NCBI GenBank assembly: GCA_037445065.1
Contig: JBBILD010000005.1
Coordinates: forward strand, 64,001 to 128,000
Direction of reading: 5' to 3'
DNA: 64,000 nt
Origin: Myxococcales bacterium
GTDB taxonomy: Bacteria > Desulfobacterota > Binatia > HRBIN30
The first letter of the stretch is position 1; the number at the start of each line of letters is the position of its first letter. The position numbers and the translations under genes are program-made. Below, one piece after another: positions 1 through 8,615 of this stretch. The notes under the pieces were generated by a model. It was not told the origin of the DNA and did no database searches. It saw only the letters and a program-made list of their open reading frames with translations.

Positions 1-441
1 CGTTCCCGGCCGGTGGATGTAACCAGGCATGATGCCGATCTTGCACTGCCCAGGGGTGATCACGCCGGGACAATTCGGGCCGATCAGGCGCGTTCGTCGT
101 CCAGCCAGGTAACGCTTGACCCGTACCATGTCCAAAACCGGTATGCCCTCCGTAATGCAAACCACCAATGGCACGCCTGCGTCCGCCGCTTCCATGATGG
201 CATCTGCCGCGAAAGCGGGGGGAACATAAATTACCGAGGCATTCGCACCCGTTTCCCGCACAGCCTGTTCGACAGTGTCGTAAATGGGGATTCCTTCGAA
301 GTCCGTTCCTCCCTTACCTGGCGTCACCCCAGCCACCATTTGCGTGCCGTATTCCTTGCAAGCACGGGTGTGAAATTGGCCGGTCGCACCTGTAATCCCC
401 TGCGTAAGAACGCGGGTGTTCTTGTCTACGAGAATGCTCAC
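1..441 (-). CDS. sucD: Succinyl-CoA synthetase alpha subunit (5' part; runs off the window start)
   Basis: Not in the ORF track; translated by hand from GTG at 441: [45 protein letters not shown]...[20 protein letters not shown]...[11 protein letters not shown]...[20 protein letters not shown]-like RBS lies upstream. Confidence 0.97.
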   Translation of the reverse strand, partial: MSILVDKNTRVLTQGITGATGQFHTRACKEYGTQMVAGVTPGKGGTDFEGIPIYDTVEQAVRETGANASVIYVPPAFAADAIMEAADAGVPLVVCITEGIPVLDMVRVKRYLAGRRTRLIGPNCPGVITPGQCKIGIMPGYIHRPGT

Positions 442-476
442 CTTCTCAGCCTCTCCTCGAAAAAGCGCAGCGCGCG

Positions 477-505
477 AAGCTAACGAGGGGCGTTCTGCAA
501 GTCAA
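477..505 (-). promoter_or_regulatory. Putative sigma70 promoter for sucD
   Basis: Minus strand reads TTGACT-17 nt-TAGCTT, ~35 nt upstream of the GTG start. Confidence 0.6.
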
Positions 506-543
506 CGGAAGGCTGCTGTGGAGGCGCGCAGCCCTTTACAGGA

Positions 544-900
544 TCAAGCCGTGGTGCGTCCCGGCGCGTAGCGGATCACCTCGGCTTTTTCGAGCGTGAC
601 TAGCCCGCCCCCACCGCTGGCCTCCAACATCTCTTCCAGCACCGGTAGGAATTGCTGGATTTTCTCCTCGCTGTCCACGATTTCGATGATGATTGGCAAG
701 TCCTCCGAAAGCCGCAAGATGCGCGCGGTGTGGATGCGGCTTCCCGCGCCAAAACTCTCGATACCGCGCCAGGCCGTCGCGCCCGCGAGACCTAGTTCCC
801 GCGCCTTATGCACAATGGCTTCGTAGAGTGGGTGGCCTTGGTAACGATCCGCCTCACCAATGAAGATACGAAGCAGCTTGCCTTCGCCAACGATTTTCAT
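544..900 (-). CDS. DUF190 family (PII-like) protein
   Basis: MKIVGEGKLLRIFIGEADRYQGHPLYEAIV...GLAGATAWRGIESFG...LSEDLPIIIEIVD. Typical partner of crcB. The start is ATG 900, not the ORF-track start at 981. Confidence 0.88.
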   Translation of the reverse strand: MKIVGEGKLLRIFIGEADRYQGHPLYEAIVHKARELGLAGATAWRGIESFGAGSRIHTARILRLSEDLPIIIEIVDSEEKIQQFLPVLEEMLEASGGGGLVTLEKAEVIRYAPGRTTA

Positions 901-905
901 GGCGC

Positions 906-1280
906 TCAGAAAACCCGACCCACAATGACACCAAGCCAAGTGGCGAGCAAACAGCCGGTGATGGTCCCGGCAACGTTCCACAGCGCCAGTTGCAGACTGC
1001 CCGAGGAGACGAGCTGCAGGGTTTCATAACTGAAGGCCGACATGGTCGTGAATCCTCCACAGACCCCCACTGCCAAGAACAGACGCAAGTCCGCACCAAG
1101 CCGGCCCCGCTCTAACGAGAGCGCAACGACGAAACCGAGTGCGAAGCTCCCCACGAGATTGACGGCGAGAGTTCCCGTCGGAAAGGCCCCGTTGGAGGCC
1201 CGTTGCACCCAGCCCGCCACCCAGTAGCGCAACAACGAACCGCACATACCCCCACACGCGACCAGAAACGAGCGCCACAC
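906..1280 (-). CDS. crcB: Fluoride efflux channel FluC/CrcB
   Basis: 124 aa with 4 hydrophobic segments and motifs GGMCGSLLRY, FPTGTLAVNLVGSF and GVCGGFTTMSAFSYE. Confidence 0.93.
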   Translation of the reverse strand: MWRSFLVACGGMCGSLLRYWVAGWVQRASNGAFPTGTLAVNLVGSFALGFVVALSLERGRLGADLRLFLAVGVCGGFTTMSAFSYETLQLVSSGSLQLALWNVAGTITGCLLATWLGVIVGRVF

Positions 1281-1307
1281 GGGCGAGCTACTCCCCCGAC
1301 ACCGTTT

Positions 1308-2252
1308 CTAGCCTTGCCCCTCGAGCCGCTGGCGCAGCCAGTCAACCGTCAGCCGCATCCCCTCTTCAAAGCCGACCACGGGGCGATAACCGAGCAACCG
1401 CATCGCCTTGTCAATCGACGCCTGCGTGTGACGGACGTCACCGGCGCGCGGCGGGGTGTGTTCAATGGACACCGGCCTGCCCACCAGCCTTTCCACCAGG
1501 CGTGCAATCTCAAGCACCGAGTGCCGCTCGTTACAGGCGATATTAAACACCTCGCCACCCACATTGGGTGCCTCAAAAGCAAGCAGGTTTGCCTGCACGA
1601 CATTGTCAATGTACGTGAAATCGCGCGACTGCTCCCCGTCGCCGTGAACGACCAGCGGCTCGCCGCGCAAGGCGGCACGAATGAACAGGGGCACAACGGC
1701 CGCATACTTGGACTCCGGACTCTGCCACGGGCCAAACACATTGAAGTAACGCAAACTCACCGTTTCTAGCCCGTAGAGCAGGAAAAACGTTCTGCAATAG
1801 TGCTCGGCCGCCAACTTGGAGACCGCGTACGGTGAAATCGGCGCCGGAGTCTGACCCTCTTCCTTCGGCAGCACCTGAGAGTCCCCGTAAACCGACGAGG
1901 ACGACGCATACACCAAGCGCTTCACAGTTCCTGCTTGGCGGGCGGCCACCAGCAGTCGCAGCGTGCCGTGGGTGTTCACCTCGTCCGTACTGAGGGGGTC
2001 GTCTACGGACCGGGGTACAGAGCGAAGTGCCGCCTGGTGGCTTACGTACTGGACGCCACGCAGGCAGCGCTCCAGCACGGACGGATCCCGCAGGTCTCCT
2101 TCAACCAGCTCGATCTGATCCCCAACTTCGGAGAGATTCTCGCGCCGCCCGGTGGAGAAATTGTCGAGCACTCGCACCTTCTCTCCTCGTGCCACGAGAG
2201 CACGGACGATATTCGAACCTATGAACCCTGCACCACCGGTCACCAGATACAT
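1308..2252 (-). CDS. NAD-dependent nucleotide-sugar 4-epimerase (WbpP/GalE-like extended SDR)
   Basis: TGGAGFIG, HQAALRSVPRS, SSSSVYG, YAVSK (YxxxK) and RYFNVFGP motifs; RBS GAGGAGG. Confidence 0.92.
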   Translation of the reverse strand: MYLVTGGAGFIGSNIVRALVARGEKVRVLDNFSTGRRENLSEVGDQIELVEGDLRDPSVLERCLRGVQYVSHQAALRSVPRSVDDPLSTDEVNTHGTLRLLVAARQAGTVKRLVYASSSSVYGDSQVLPKEEGQTPAPISPYAVSKLAAEHYCRTFFLLYGLETVSLRYFNVFGPWQSPESKYAAVVPLFIRAALRGEPLVVHGDGEQSRDFTYIDNVVQANLLAFEAPNVGGEVFNIACNERHSVLEIARLVERLVGRPVSIEHTPPRAGDVRHTQASIDKAMRLLGYRPVVGFEEGMRLTVDWLRQRLEGQG

Positions 2253-2389
2253 GCGTCCTCCTCAGTTCGGACCCAACTGACGGCGCTCTGCGCCGCCGGT
2301 CCTCCTACTCAACTTGCACTCCGTACGATCACCGCCGGCGCCTCCACCCAAGGAGCTTCGCTGCCTGCATCCGTGGACTTCCTTCCGCC

Positions 2390-3442
2390 TCACGTGCTCG
2401 GGAGAACCGACGCGGCATCCACCAAGGCAGGCGGCTCGAGTCTAGGTGGGGGCGCTTCTGGCCGCAACCAACGGGGAGCAAAGCGAACCAACCCCACGAG
2501 AAAGCCGCCCCCCCAGGCGAAGTGCATGACAAAGAACGCCGCGACGACATACGGCAACAGTCCCCAGCCGTGCCGCTTGCATACGGCCATCGCGGCGAAC
2601 AACGCTGCCGCCACGTACACTGCGAGAAGCGCAATTCCGCCGATTGCCATTTTCGGGTCCCACAGTCCACCGAAAAAAGCCCCGACCAAACTCGCGATGA
2701 AGGCAGGTGGGACAAAGTGACGCCAGCTCATTTGCCGCGGGTGTTTCTGCAAAACCCGGACTTTCCACACCCCATAATGAAAAAACTGCTGCGCCAAGGC
2801 GCGATACGTCTGCCGATTCTGGTAATGCGAGCGCATCGAGACGGTTAGAAACACCCGTCCCCCAGCCTTCCGCAAGCGGTAGTTGAGTTCGTCGTCCTGG
2901 TTACGCACCAGTTCTTCGTCAAACAAACCGATCCGCTCAAACGTCCGGCGTGGCCACATGCCCATGTACACCGTGTCTACCTCGCGATCCTCGCTGGCGA
3001 AGTGGAAGTACGCGCCGATTCCAAATGGCGAGTCCATGGCGCGCGCGATGGCTTCCGCCACACCTCCTCCACCCACGGTCCGCATGGGGCCACCAACGTT
3101 GTCGGCCCCGGTTCGTATCAAGGTTTCTACGCCTTGCCGTAGGTAATCGGGCTCCAAGGTCGTGTGCGCATCCACCCGTGCGATGATTTCTCCCCGAGCT
3201 GCGCGAATTCCGATGTTCATGGCGGTTGGCACGATGCGAGCCGGGTTCCGCAGCACGCGAATCCGATCCCCGTACCCGGCCAGAATCTCGAGCGAACGGT
3301 CGTCGGAGTCTCCATCCACCACTAATACCTCGAAACGGTCGCGCGGGTAATCCTGTGCCAACACCGAGTCCACACAACGCGCAATGTGCTTTTCTTCGTT
3401 GCGCATGGGAATCACCACCGAAACGAACGGCCAGCTTTTCAT
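2390..3442 (-). CDS. GT2 glycosyltransferase (ExoA-like)
   Basis: VSVVIPMRNEE, VVDGDSDD, RVDAH and RNQDDELNYRL motifs, with C-terminal TM helices. Confidence 0.9.
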   Translation of the reverse strand: MKSWPFVSVVIPMRNEEKHIARCVDSVLAQDYPRDRFEVLVVDGDSDDRSLEILAGYGDRIRVLRNPARIVPTAMNIGIRAARGEIIARVDAHTTLEPDYLRQGVETLIRTGADNVGGPMRTVGGGGVAEAIARAMDSPFGIGAYFHFASEDREVDTVYMGMWPRRTFERIGLFDEELVRNQDDELNYRLRKAGGRVFLTVSMRSHYQNRQTYRALAQQFFHYGVWKVRVLQKHPRQMSWRHFVPPAFIASLVGAFFGGLWDPKMAIGGIALLAVYVAAALFAAMAVCKRHGWGLLPYVVAAFFVMHFAWGGGFLVGLVRFAPRWLRPEAPPPRLEPPALVDAASVLPST

Positions 3443-4569
3443 CGGACCGCCTCGTCATACACCTGCATGGTTCGCTCTATCATTCGCCCCACGGAGAACT
3501 CACCCGCCCGCTGGCGTGCAGCCGCACTGGCTGCACCGTGCCGCCTCGGGTCGTCCAACAACGGCAAAGACGCTTCTACCCACGCTTGCGCTTCTCTTGA
3601 AGGAACCACAGTGCCGGCGACTGTTTCGCCGAGGAGCTCCCGCACTCCGCTCACGTCACTGGCGATCACCGGCACGCCGCATGCCATCGCCTCCAGGACA
3701 ACATTCGGCATTCCCTCCCACGATGACGTGAGCCAGAACAACGTCGCCTTTCTCAAGACTTCCTCGATGTCCGGTCGCTCACCCAAAAACTCCACCACGC
3801 CGCAGAGTCCGAGTCGCTTTTGCTCCAACTCCAGCGCCTCGCGCAGCGGGCCACTGCCAGCGATCGCAAAGCGAACCTCCGGCCGTAACGCGTGCAACGC
3901 GGCCGCGGCTTGCAAAAACAAACGATGGTTCTTCTGTTCGACCAAACGCCCAGCAGTTACAATCCATGGTGGATTCCCCGCTGGTTTCGGCGCTGGGGCA
4001 AATCGTTCGAGATCAATTCCATTGGGCACCACCCGAATCCTCTCCGGGGAAGCCCAGTAGGCGCGGGTGATAAAGCGCGCCACTTCTTCCGAATTTACGA
4101 GGATGCGGCGGCTTTGGCAGAATGCCCAAGCATTAGCCAAGCGGTTAGCAGGACCGTGCACTTTGCAGTTCCGAGCCGAGGTAACCAGGGCTAAGCCGCC
4201 TGCCCACTTCGCGGCCAGCGCTGCGATGGGGTTAGCGAGATACAGCCACGCGTGCACGATTTGGATTTCGTCTTCGCGGAAGGCTCTGGCGAGCTCATGG
4301 GTACGCCGCACTGCGCTGCCCGTGAGGACACGCATCGGAACCCCGGCGCGGACCAGTGGCGCGCCGTGGGGTTCCGTTTTTCTGGATAAAACGTACACGA
4401 ACGGCGCAAAGCGCTTGCGATCCATGCCCAGGGCGAGTTGCTGCAACTGCTGCTCTGCGCCCCCACGAGTAAGCTGGCCAATGACAAGTGCCACGCGCAC
4501 AGGGGGTGTATCAGGCAGAACTCCGCAGCGCCTGCGCAGCAAGTTCGGCTGGTTCTCTGGAAATATCAT
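3439..4569 (-). CDS. GT4 glycosyltransferase
   Basis: GGAEQQ, VVPNGIDL, GRLVEQK and EGMPNVVLEAMACG motifs. The true start may be GTG near 4500. Confidence 0.9.
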   Translation of the reverse strand: MIFPENQPNLLRRRCGVLPDTPPVRVALVIGQLTRGGAEQQLQQLALGMDRKRFAPFVYVLSRKTEPHGAPLVRAGVPMRVLTGSAVRRTHELARAFREDEIQIVHAWLYLANPIAALAAKWAGGLALVTSARNCKVHGPANRLANAWAFCQSRRILVNSEEVARFITRAYWASPERIRVVPNGIDLERFAPAPKPAGNPPWIVTAGRLVEQKNHRLFLQAAAALHALRPEVRFAIAGSGPLREALELEQKRLGLCGVVEFLGERPDIEEVLRKATLFWLTSSWEGMPNVVLEAMACGVPVIASDVSGVRELLGETVAGTVVPSREAQAWVEASLPLLDDPRRHGAASAAARQRAGEFSVGRMIERTMQVYDEAVR

Positions 4570-5092
4570 CCGGGCGCTCGCCTAGTACCCGCGCTGGTAC
4601 CCCACCGACAATGGCAAACGGGGGGACGTCTTTGGTGACAACAGCTCCGGCCGCCACGATCGCCCCTTGACCGATGCGCACCCCCTTCAAAACGCGCACG
4701 CCGCAACCGATCCACACGTCGTCCTCCACCACGATCGGTGCTGCGGTCTTTGGCTGGAAGCGAATCGGGATCCGGCGGGTCGCAAAGCCATGGTCTTCAG
4801 CGATTAAAGAACTGTTATGGGCAATCAACACGTTGCGTCCGATCGACAGCCCCCCGAAGCCATCGAGAAAGCAATTTTCACCGACCATACTGCCGCGGCC
4901 AATGCTGACCCCCTCCGGAAACCAAATCGTTACGTTATCACGGAACCACACCCACCCTTCGATGCGCCGTAAAAACAGCTTGAGCACCAACCAGCGCAAC
5001 ACGTCCCCACTCAACATCGGCAGGTACTTCACCAGGCCGTAGACCGTGTGAAACGTCAGGTACCAAAGCGCCGCGCGCCAGCTGACCCTCAT
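4511..5092 (-). CDS. Hexapeptide-repeat (left-handed beta-helix) O-acyltransferase
   Basis: IVVEDDVWIGCGVRVLKGVRIGQGAIVAAGAVVTKDVPPFAIVGGVPAR. ATG at 5092 directly follows the upstream stop. Confidence 0.9.
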   Translation of the reverse strand: MRVSWRAALWYLTFHTVYGLVKYLPMLSGDVLRWLVLKLFLRRIEGWVWFRDNVTIWFPEGVSIGRGSMVGENCFLDGFGGLSIGRNVLIAHNSSLIAEDHGFATRRIPIRFQPKTAAPIVVEDDVWIGCGVRVLKGVRIGQGAIVAAGAVVTKDVPPFAIVGGVPARVLGERPDDISREPAELAAQALRSSA

Positions 5093-5094
5093 GT

Positions 5095-5841
5095 TCAACT
5101 CCGCAGAGGCTTGCGCGCCAAACACAACAACGACACCCCCACCGGCAGATTCACCCGCCGCAAGATGGGCGCCTCGAACGCGAACAGGCGAGCGAGTGCA
5201 TTGTTGATTCGCCCGGGCTTGGTCATGGAAAAATCAGACGCCAGCTCTCCCTCCCGCTCCGGGACGATCCGGCGCGCCAGGCGGATGGCTGCCACCACCG
5301 GAAACAAGAACGAATTGAGATACGTCAAACGGCGCACCTCTAGCCCAGCCGCCTCGAACAGGAGACAGAACTCTCGCGCCCTGTATCGGCGTTTGTGATG
5401 GTTGATGACGTCCTGTCGGCCCCACATCCACGGAAAGGCTGGAACTGTCACCAACAAATGCCCTCCAGGGCGACACACCCGCGCCATTTCCCCCACGCAC
5501 CGACGGTCGTCGTCAATGTGTTCGACGAGATCGAACGCGGTCACTAAATCCACGGAATTGGAGGCAAACGGCAGCCCCACGACGTCGCCCTGGACCACAG
5601 GCAGGTGCGTACGCTCCCGTGAGTAGCGGGCGGCAGCCGGTCCCCGATCCAGGCCGACAACACGGCCAAAGCGAGAGAGAAACTGCAAGTTGGCCCCGGT
5701 TCCGCAGCCCAGGTCCAGAATCCGGGCTCCCGGCGCTAACTGCAGATCGCGCAACAGCGTACCAAAGATGGCTCTGCGGCCTTCGAACCACCAATGTACG
5801 GCTTCGATCTGCGCGTATTCTTCGTAAAAGGAACGCTCCAT
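5095..5841 (-). CDS. Class I SAM-dependent methyltransferase
   Basis: ILDLGCGTG, LPFASNSVDLVTAFDLVEHI and N-terminal HWWF motifs; a family usually found next to GtrB-like GT2 genes. Confidence 0.88.
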   Translation of the reverse strand: MERSFYEEYAQIEAVHWWFEGRRAIFGTLLRDLQLAPGARILDLGCGTGANLQFLSRFGRVVGLDRGPAAARYSRERTHLPVVQGDVVGLPFASNSVDLVTAFDLVEHIDDDRRCVGEMARVCRPGGHLLVTVPAFPWMWGRQDVINHHKRRYRAREFCLLFEAAGLEVRRLTYLNSFLFPVVAAIRLARRIVPEREGELASDFSMTKPGRINNALARLFAFEAPILRRVNLPVGVSLLCLARKPLRS

Positions 5842-5849
5842 AATTCCGC

Positions 5850-6839
5850 TCAGCGCACTCGTGCCGCTGGCCGAGCTGTTTCGGCATCGTTCTCGAAGCC
5901 GACGGTCTCGCGTACCACGTACAGCGGCCGCCGCTTCACTTCATCGAAAATTCGACCGACATACTCGCCGAGGATTCCGAGCGAGAGGAGTTGCACGCCG
6001 CCGAGAAACAGCACCACGACCACCGTGGAAGTCCATCCTGCAATCATCTTCTCACCGTATAGGATACGCAGGCCGACCAAATAAACGATGAGGGCAAAGG
6101 CCACTGCACTGATGGCGAACCCCAGGTGAGTCGCCAGACGCAGCGGAACGAACGAGTAAGAAATCACTCCGTCGTAAGCCAGTTTGAACAACTTCCGCAG
6201 CGAGTATTTCGACTCGCCCGCGAACCGCTCTGCGCGGTCATACTCGAGGCCGATTTGCTTGAATCCCACCCAGGCGCGGATTCCACGTACAAAACGATTC
6301 CGCTCCGGCATGGCATTCAACTCGTCCACCACCCGGCGATCCATCACCGCGAAATCGCCAGCATCGAGAGGCATGTCCACGTAGGCTAGGGAGCGAAGCA
6401 AGCGGTAAAAAGCGAGATACGCCGTTCGCTTGAGCCAGCCCTCTTTGCGCGTCTTGCGAACGGCATAGACGACCTGATACCCCTCACGCCACTTGTCGAA
6501 CATTTTTGGCACGAATTCCGGCGGGTCTTGAAGATCGGCATCGATCACCGCAACCGCTTGCCCGCGGGCGTAATGGAGTCCGGCAGTCACTGCGGTCTGG
6601 TGCCCGAAGTTGCGGGAAAAGCTGATTACCCGAACGCGCGGATCGCGTTGCGCCAGAGCACGCAGGTCCTCGAACGAACCATCGGTGCTGCCGTCGTCAA
6701 CGAAGATCATTTCGAATGGCACCTTTAAGGTCTCCAGAGCCGCCGTTGCGCGCTGGTAAAAGGCCGGAAGGGTCTCATGCTCGTTGTACACAGGCACAAC
6801 CAGAGACAGTGTCGGGTTAGGAGCCATCGCCGGTTTCAT
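5850..6839 (-). CDS. GT2 polyprenyl-phosphate glycosyltransferase (GtrB/ArnC/DPM1-like)
   Basis: LSLVVPVYNE, FVDDGSTD, SRNFGHQ and IDADLQDPPE motifs, two C-terminal TMs and GEYVGRIF. ATGA overlap with the upstream stop at 6836-6839. Confidence 0.92.
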   Translation of the reverse strand: MKPAMAPNPTLSLVVPVYNEHETLPAFYQRATAALETLKVPFEMIFVDDGSTDGSFEDLRALAQRDPRVRVISFSRNFGHQTAVTAGLHYARGQAVAVIDADLQDPPEFVPKMFDKWREGYQVVYAVRKTRKEGWLKRTAYLAFYRLLRSLAYVDMPLDAGDFAVMDRRVVDELNAMPERNRFVRGIRAWVGFKQIGLEYDRAERFAGESKYSLRKLFKLAYDGVISYSFVPLRLATHLGFAISAVAFALIVYLVGLRILYGEKMIAGWTSTVVVVLFLGGVQLLSLGILGEYVGRIFDEVKRRPLYVVRETVGFENDAETARPAARVR

Positions 6840-8578
6840 GGACTCGGCTTCCGCGTATACACCTCGATCGTCGGATTCAAGCTGTGGATGCGGAGATCCA
6901 GCCAAGTCCAACGAGCGAACACCGGCCCGACATCGTACCCTAACTCACCCGCCCGCAGTGCACGGAAGAACTCCCGCGCCAAGGCCGACTCCGTAAACAG
7001 CTGCTCTCCAGGGCGCCACGAACGAGCATACCGGCCTACCAAGCCTGCTTTGCCGCCACTACTGAGAACGACCAAGTCGGGCGAGCGAGCCCAAAAGCGC
7101 TCGATTTGCCGCTCCGCCAATGGCACTCGCACCACGGACCACCGCTTCGGGAAACGGGGCAGATAGGTTTCAGGTTGGTACACCTCCACTCGCTTTGCTT
7201 GGGTGCTGAAGCCCTGGAGCCAAGCTTCTGCGTCGTAGCGCGGGTCGCGCAACAGCAAGCGCACGACTTCCGCTCCAGGAGCCAGGCTCCACGCCAACCA
7301 GACACTCACCGCGGCAGTACCGATCCACGCCGGCAGGCCAGACCGGATGACGAGTCGGCTCACGGCTACGGCGAAGCCTCCCAAAGTTGCGGTTGCAACC
7401 CACAGCACGGGCAACGTGTAGCGAATAGGAACCAGCTCGAGCGCACGCAACGAACCTAAATAGTACGAGGCTGTCAGGGTGGCCGCCACAACGGCCAGGC
7501 GGGGGGCGCTGACCACCAGAGCAACCAGCCCCGCAAGTGCTAGCCATTTGCCACCTGGCGGAAGGCTGCGCGCTAGGCTGTCGCTCACCCTACCGAGCTT
7601 TGTCATCTCCTCTTGCCAAGTCACTGCTCGGGGCACACGAGTGAAAAATTGGTATGGCGCGTACCGCTGTCGGATCTCCTCAGGCAGTGTTCCCATCAAG
7701 AAGCGCCATCGGTTCCAGTACCCAGACGGATTCCACGCCACATTCGCCACTCCAACAGTGGTGCCGGCAAAGACGAGACCTGCCAGAGCAGCGTGGCGCC
7801 AAAGTGCGCGCGCGCAAAGCGTTCTGCCCGCCCTAGCTTCGATCAGCCAAACCAGCGGAACCGCCGCAAGAAAACCAATCCCCTGCTCTTTCGTCAGCAG
7901 CGCCATCGCGGCTGCCGCCCCAGCGACTGCGCTCGCTAACATGCTTCCGGAGCGCGCGCTGCGCAGCGCCGCCCACAGCGAGAGCATGAGCCAGAACAGC
8001 AGCGGGACGTCCACGTTTGACGTATGACTGTAAAACACAAACGGCGCGCTCCCAGCCAGAACCGAAGCTGCGAGCCACGCGGCAACATGAGGAAGGTACA
8101 GCGCCACCGTGGCGTACGTAAGCCAGACACAGCCCACCCCCAGCAGCGCACTCACGGCTCGGGTCACCAACGCTAGGACAGAGAGGCTCCACTCTGGGTT
8201 GCGGAAGCCGTGCGGGTACCGCGGTGAAGGTCGGCCTAGCTCTCCGGTCCAGCGCATCCACACTAGCACCGGAGCCTGAGCGGCGAGGAGCAGGTTGGGG
8301 TGTCCAACGGGGTACTTGAAATAAAACCAGCCCGAATTCCACGGTTCGCCGAACCAAACATGCCGGCCGACCGAAAGCGGGGTCAGCGGCTGTAAGGCGT
8401 CCGCAGCCCAAGTGCGGTTCCCGTTCGGCAGCCCCCAATGCAGGGCCACGACGTTGAGAGTGAGACTGGCAGCGAGGAGAAACCCCAACGCAAGGCGCTG
8501 CCGGCGGGATCCGGGTTGGACTCGGTCCGCGCTTTTCCTCGGCCTGAAGCCAACCTCTGCGCGCTCGGGGATCGTCAT
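6836..8578 (-). CDS. Polytopic GT-C glycosyltransferase (ArnT/PMT-like)
   Basis: Many TM segments; WGLPNG...WAAD first loop, FKYP, YSHTSNVDVP and LLTKEQ motifs; soluble C-terminal domain; adjacent to a GtrB-like GT2. Confidence 0.72.
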   Translation of the reverse strand: MTIPERAEVGFRPRKSADRVQPGSRRQRLALGFLLAASLTLNVVALHWGLPNGNRTWAADALQPLTPLSVGRHVWFGEPWNSGWFYFKYPVGHPNLLLAAQAPVLVWMRWTGELGRPSPRYPHGFRNPEWSLSVLALVTRAVSALLGVGCVWLTYATVALYLPHVAAWLAASVLAGSAPFVFYSHTSNVDVPLLFWLMLSLWAALRSARSGSMLASAVAGAAAAMALLTKEQGIGFLAAVPLVWLIEARAGRTLCARALWRHAALAGLVFAGTTVGVANVAWNPSGYWNRWRFLMGTLPEEIRQRYAPYQFFTRVPRAVTWQEEMTKLGRVSDSLARSLPPGGKWLALAGLVALVVSAPRLAVVAATLTASYYLGSLRALELVPIRYTLPVLWVATATLGGFAVAVSRLVIRSGLPAWIGTAAVSVWLAWSLAPGAEVVRLLLRDPRYDAEAWLQGFSTQAKRVEVYQPETYLPRFPKRWSVVRVPLAERQIERFWARSPDLVVLSSGGKAGLVGRYARSWRPGEQLFTESALAREFFRALRAGELGYDVGPVFARWTWLDLRIHSLNPTIEVYTRKPSP

Positions 8579-8615
8579 GAATTGGGGTGCCGGAAGCGCT
8601 TCCAAGGCAGTGACT

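Noticed and set aside
1281..1307. Fluoride riboswitch upstream of crcB
   Set aside because: The gap is only 27 nt and has no GGCGATGG...TAATGA-type consensus, nor does the 2253-2389 gap.
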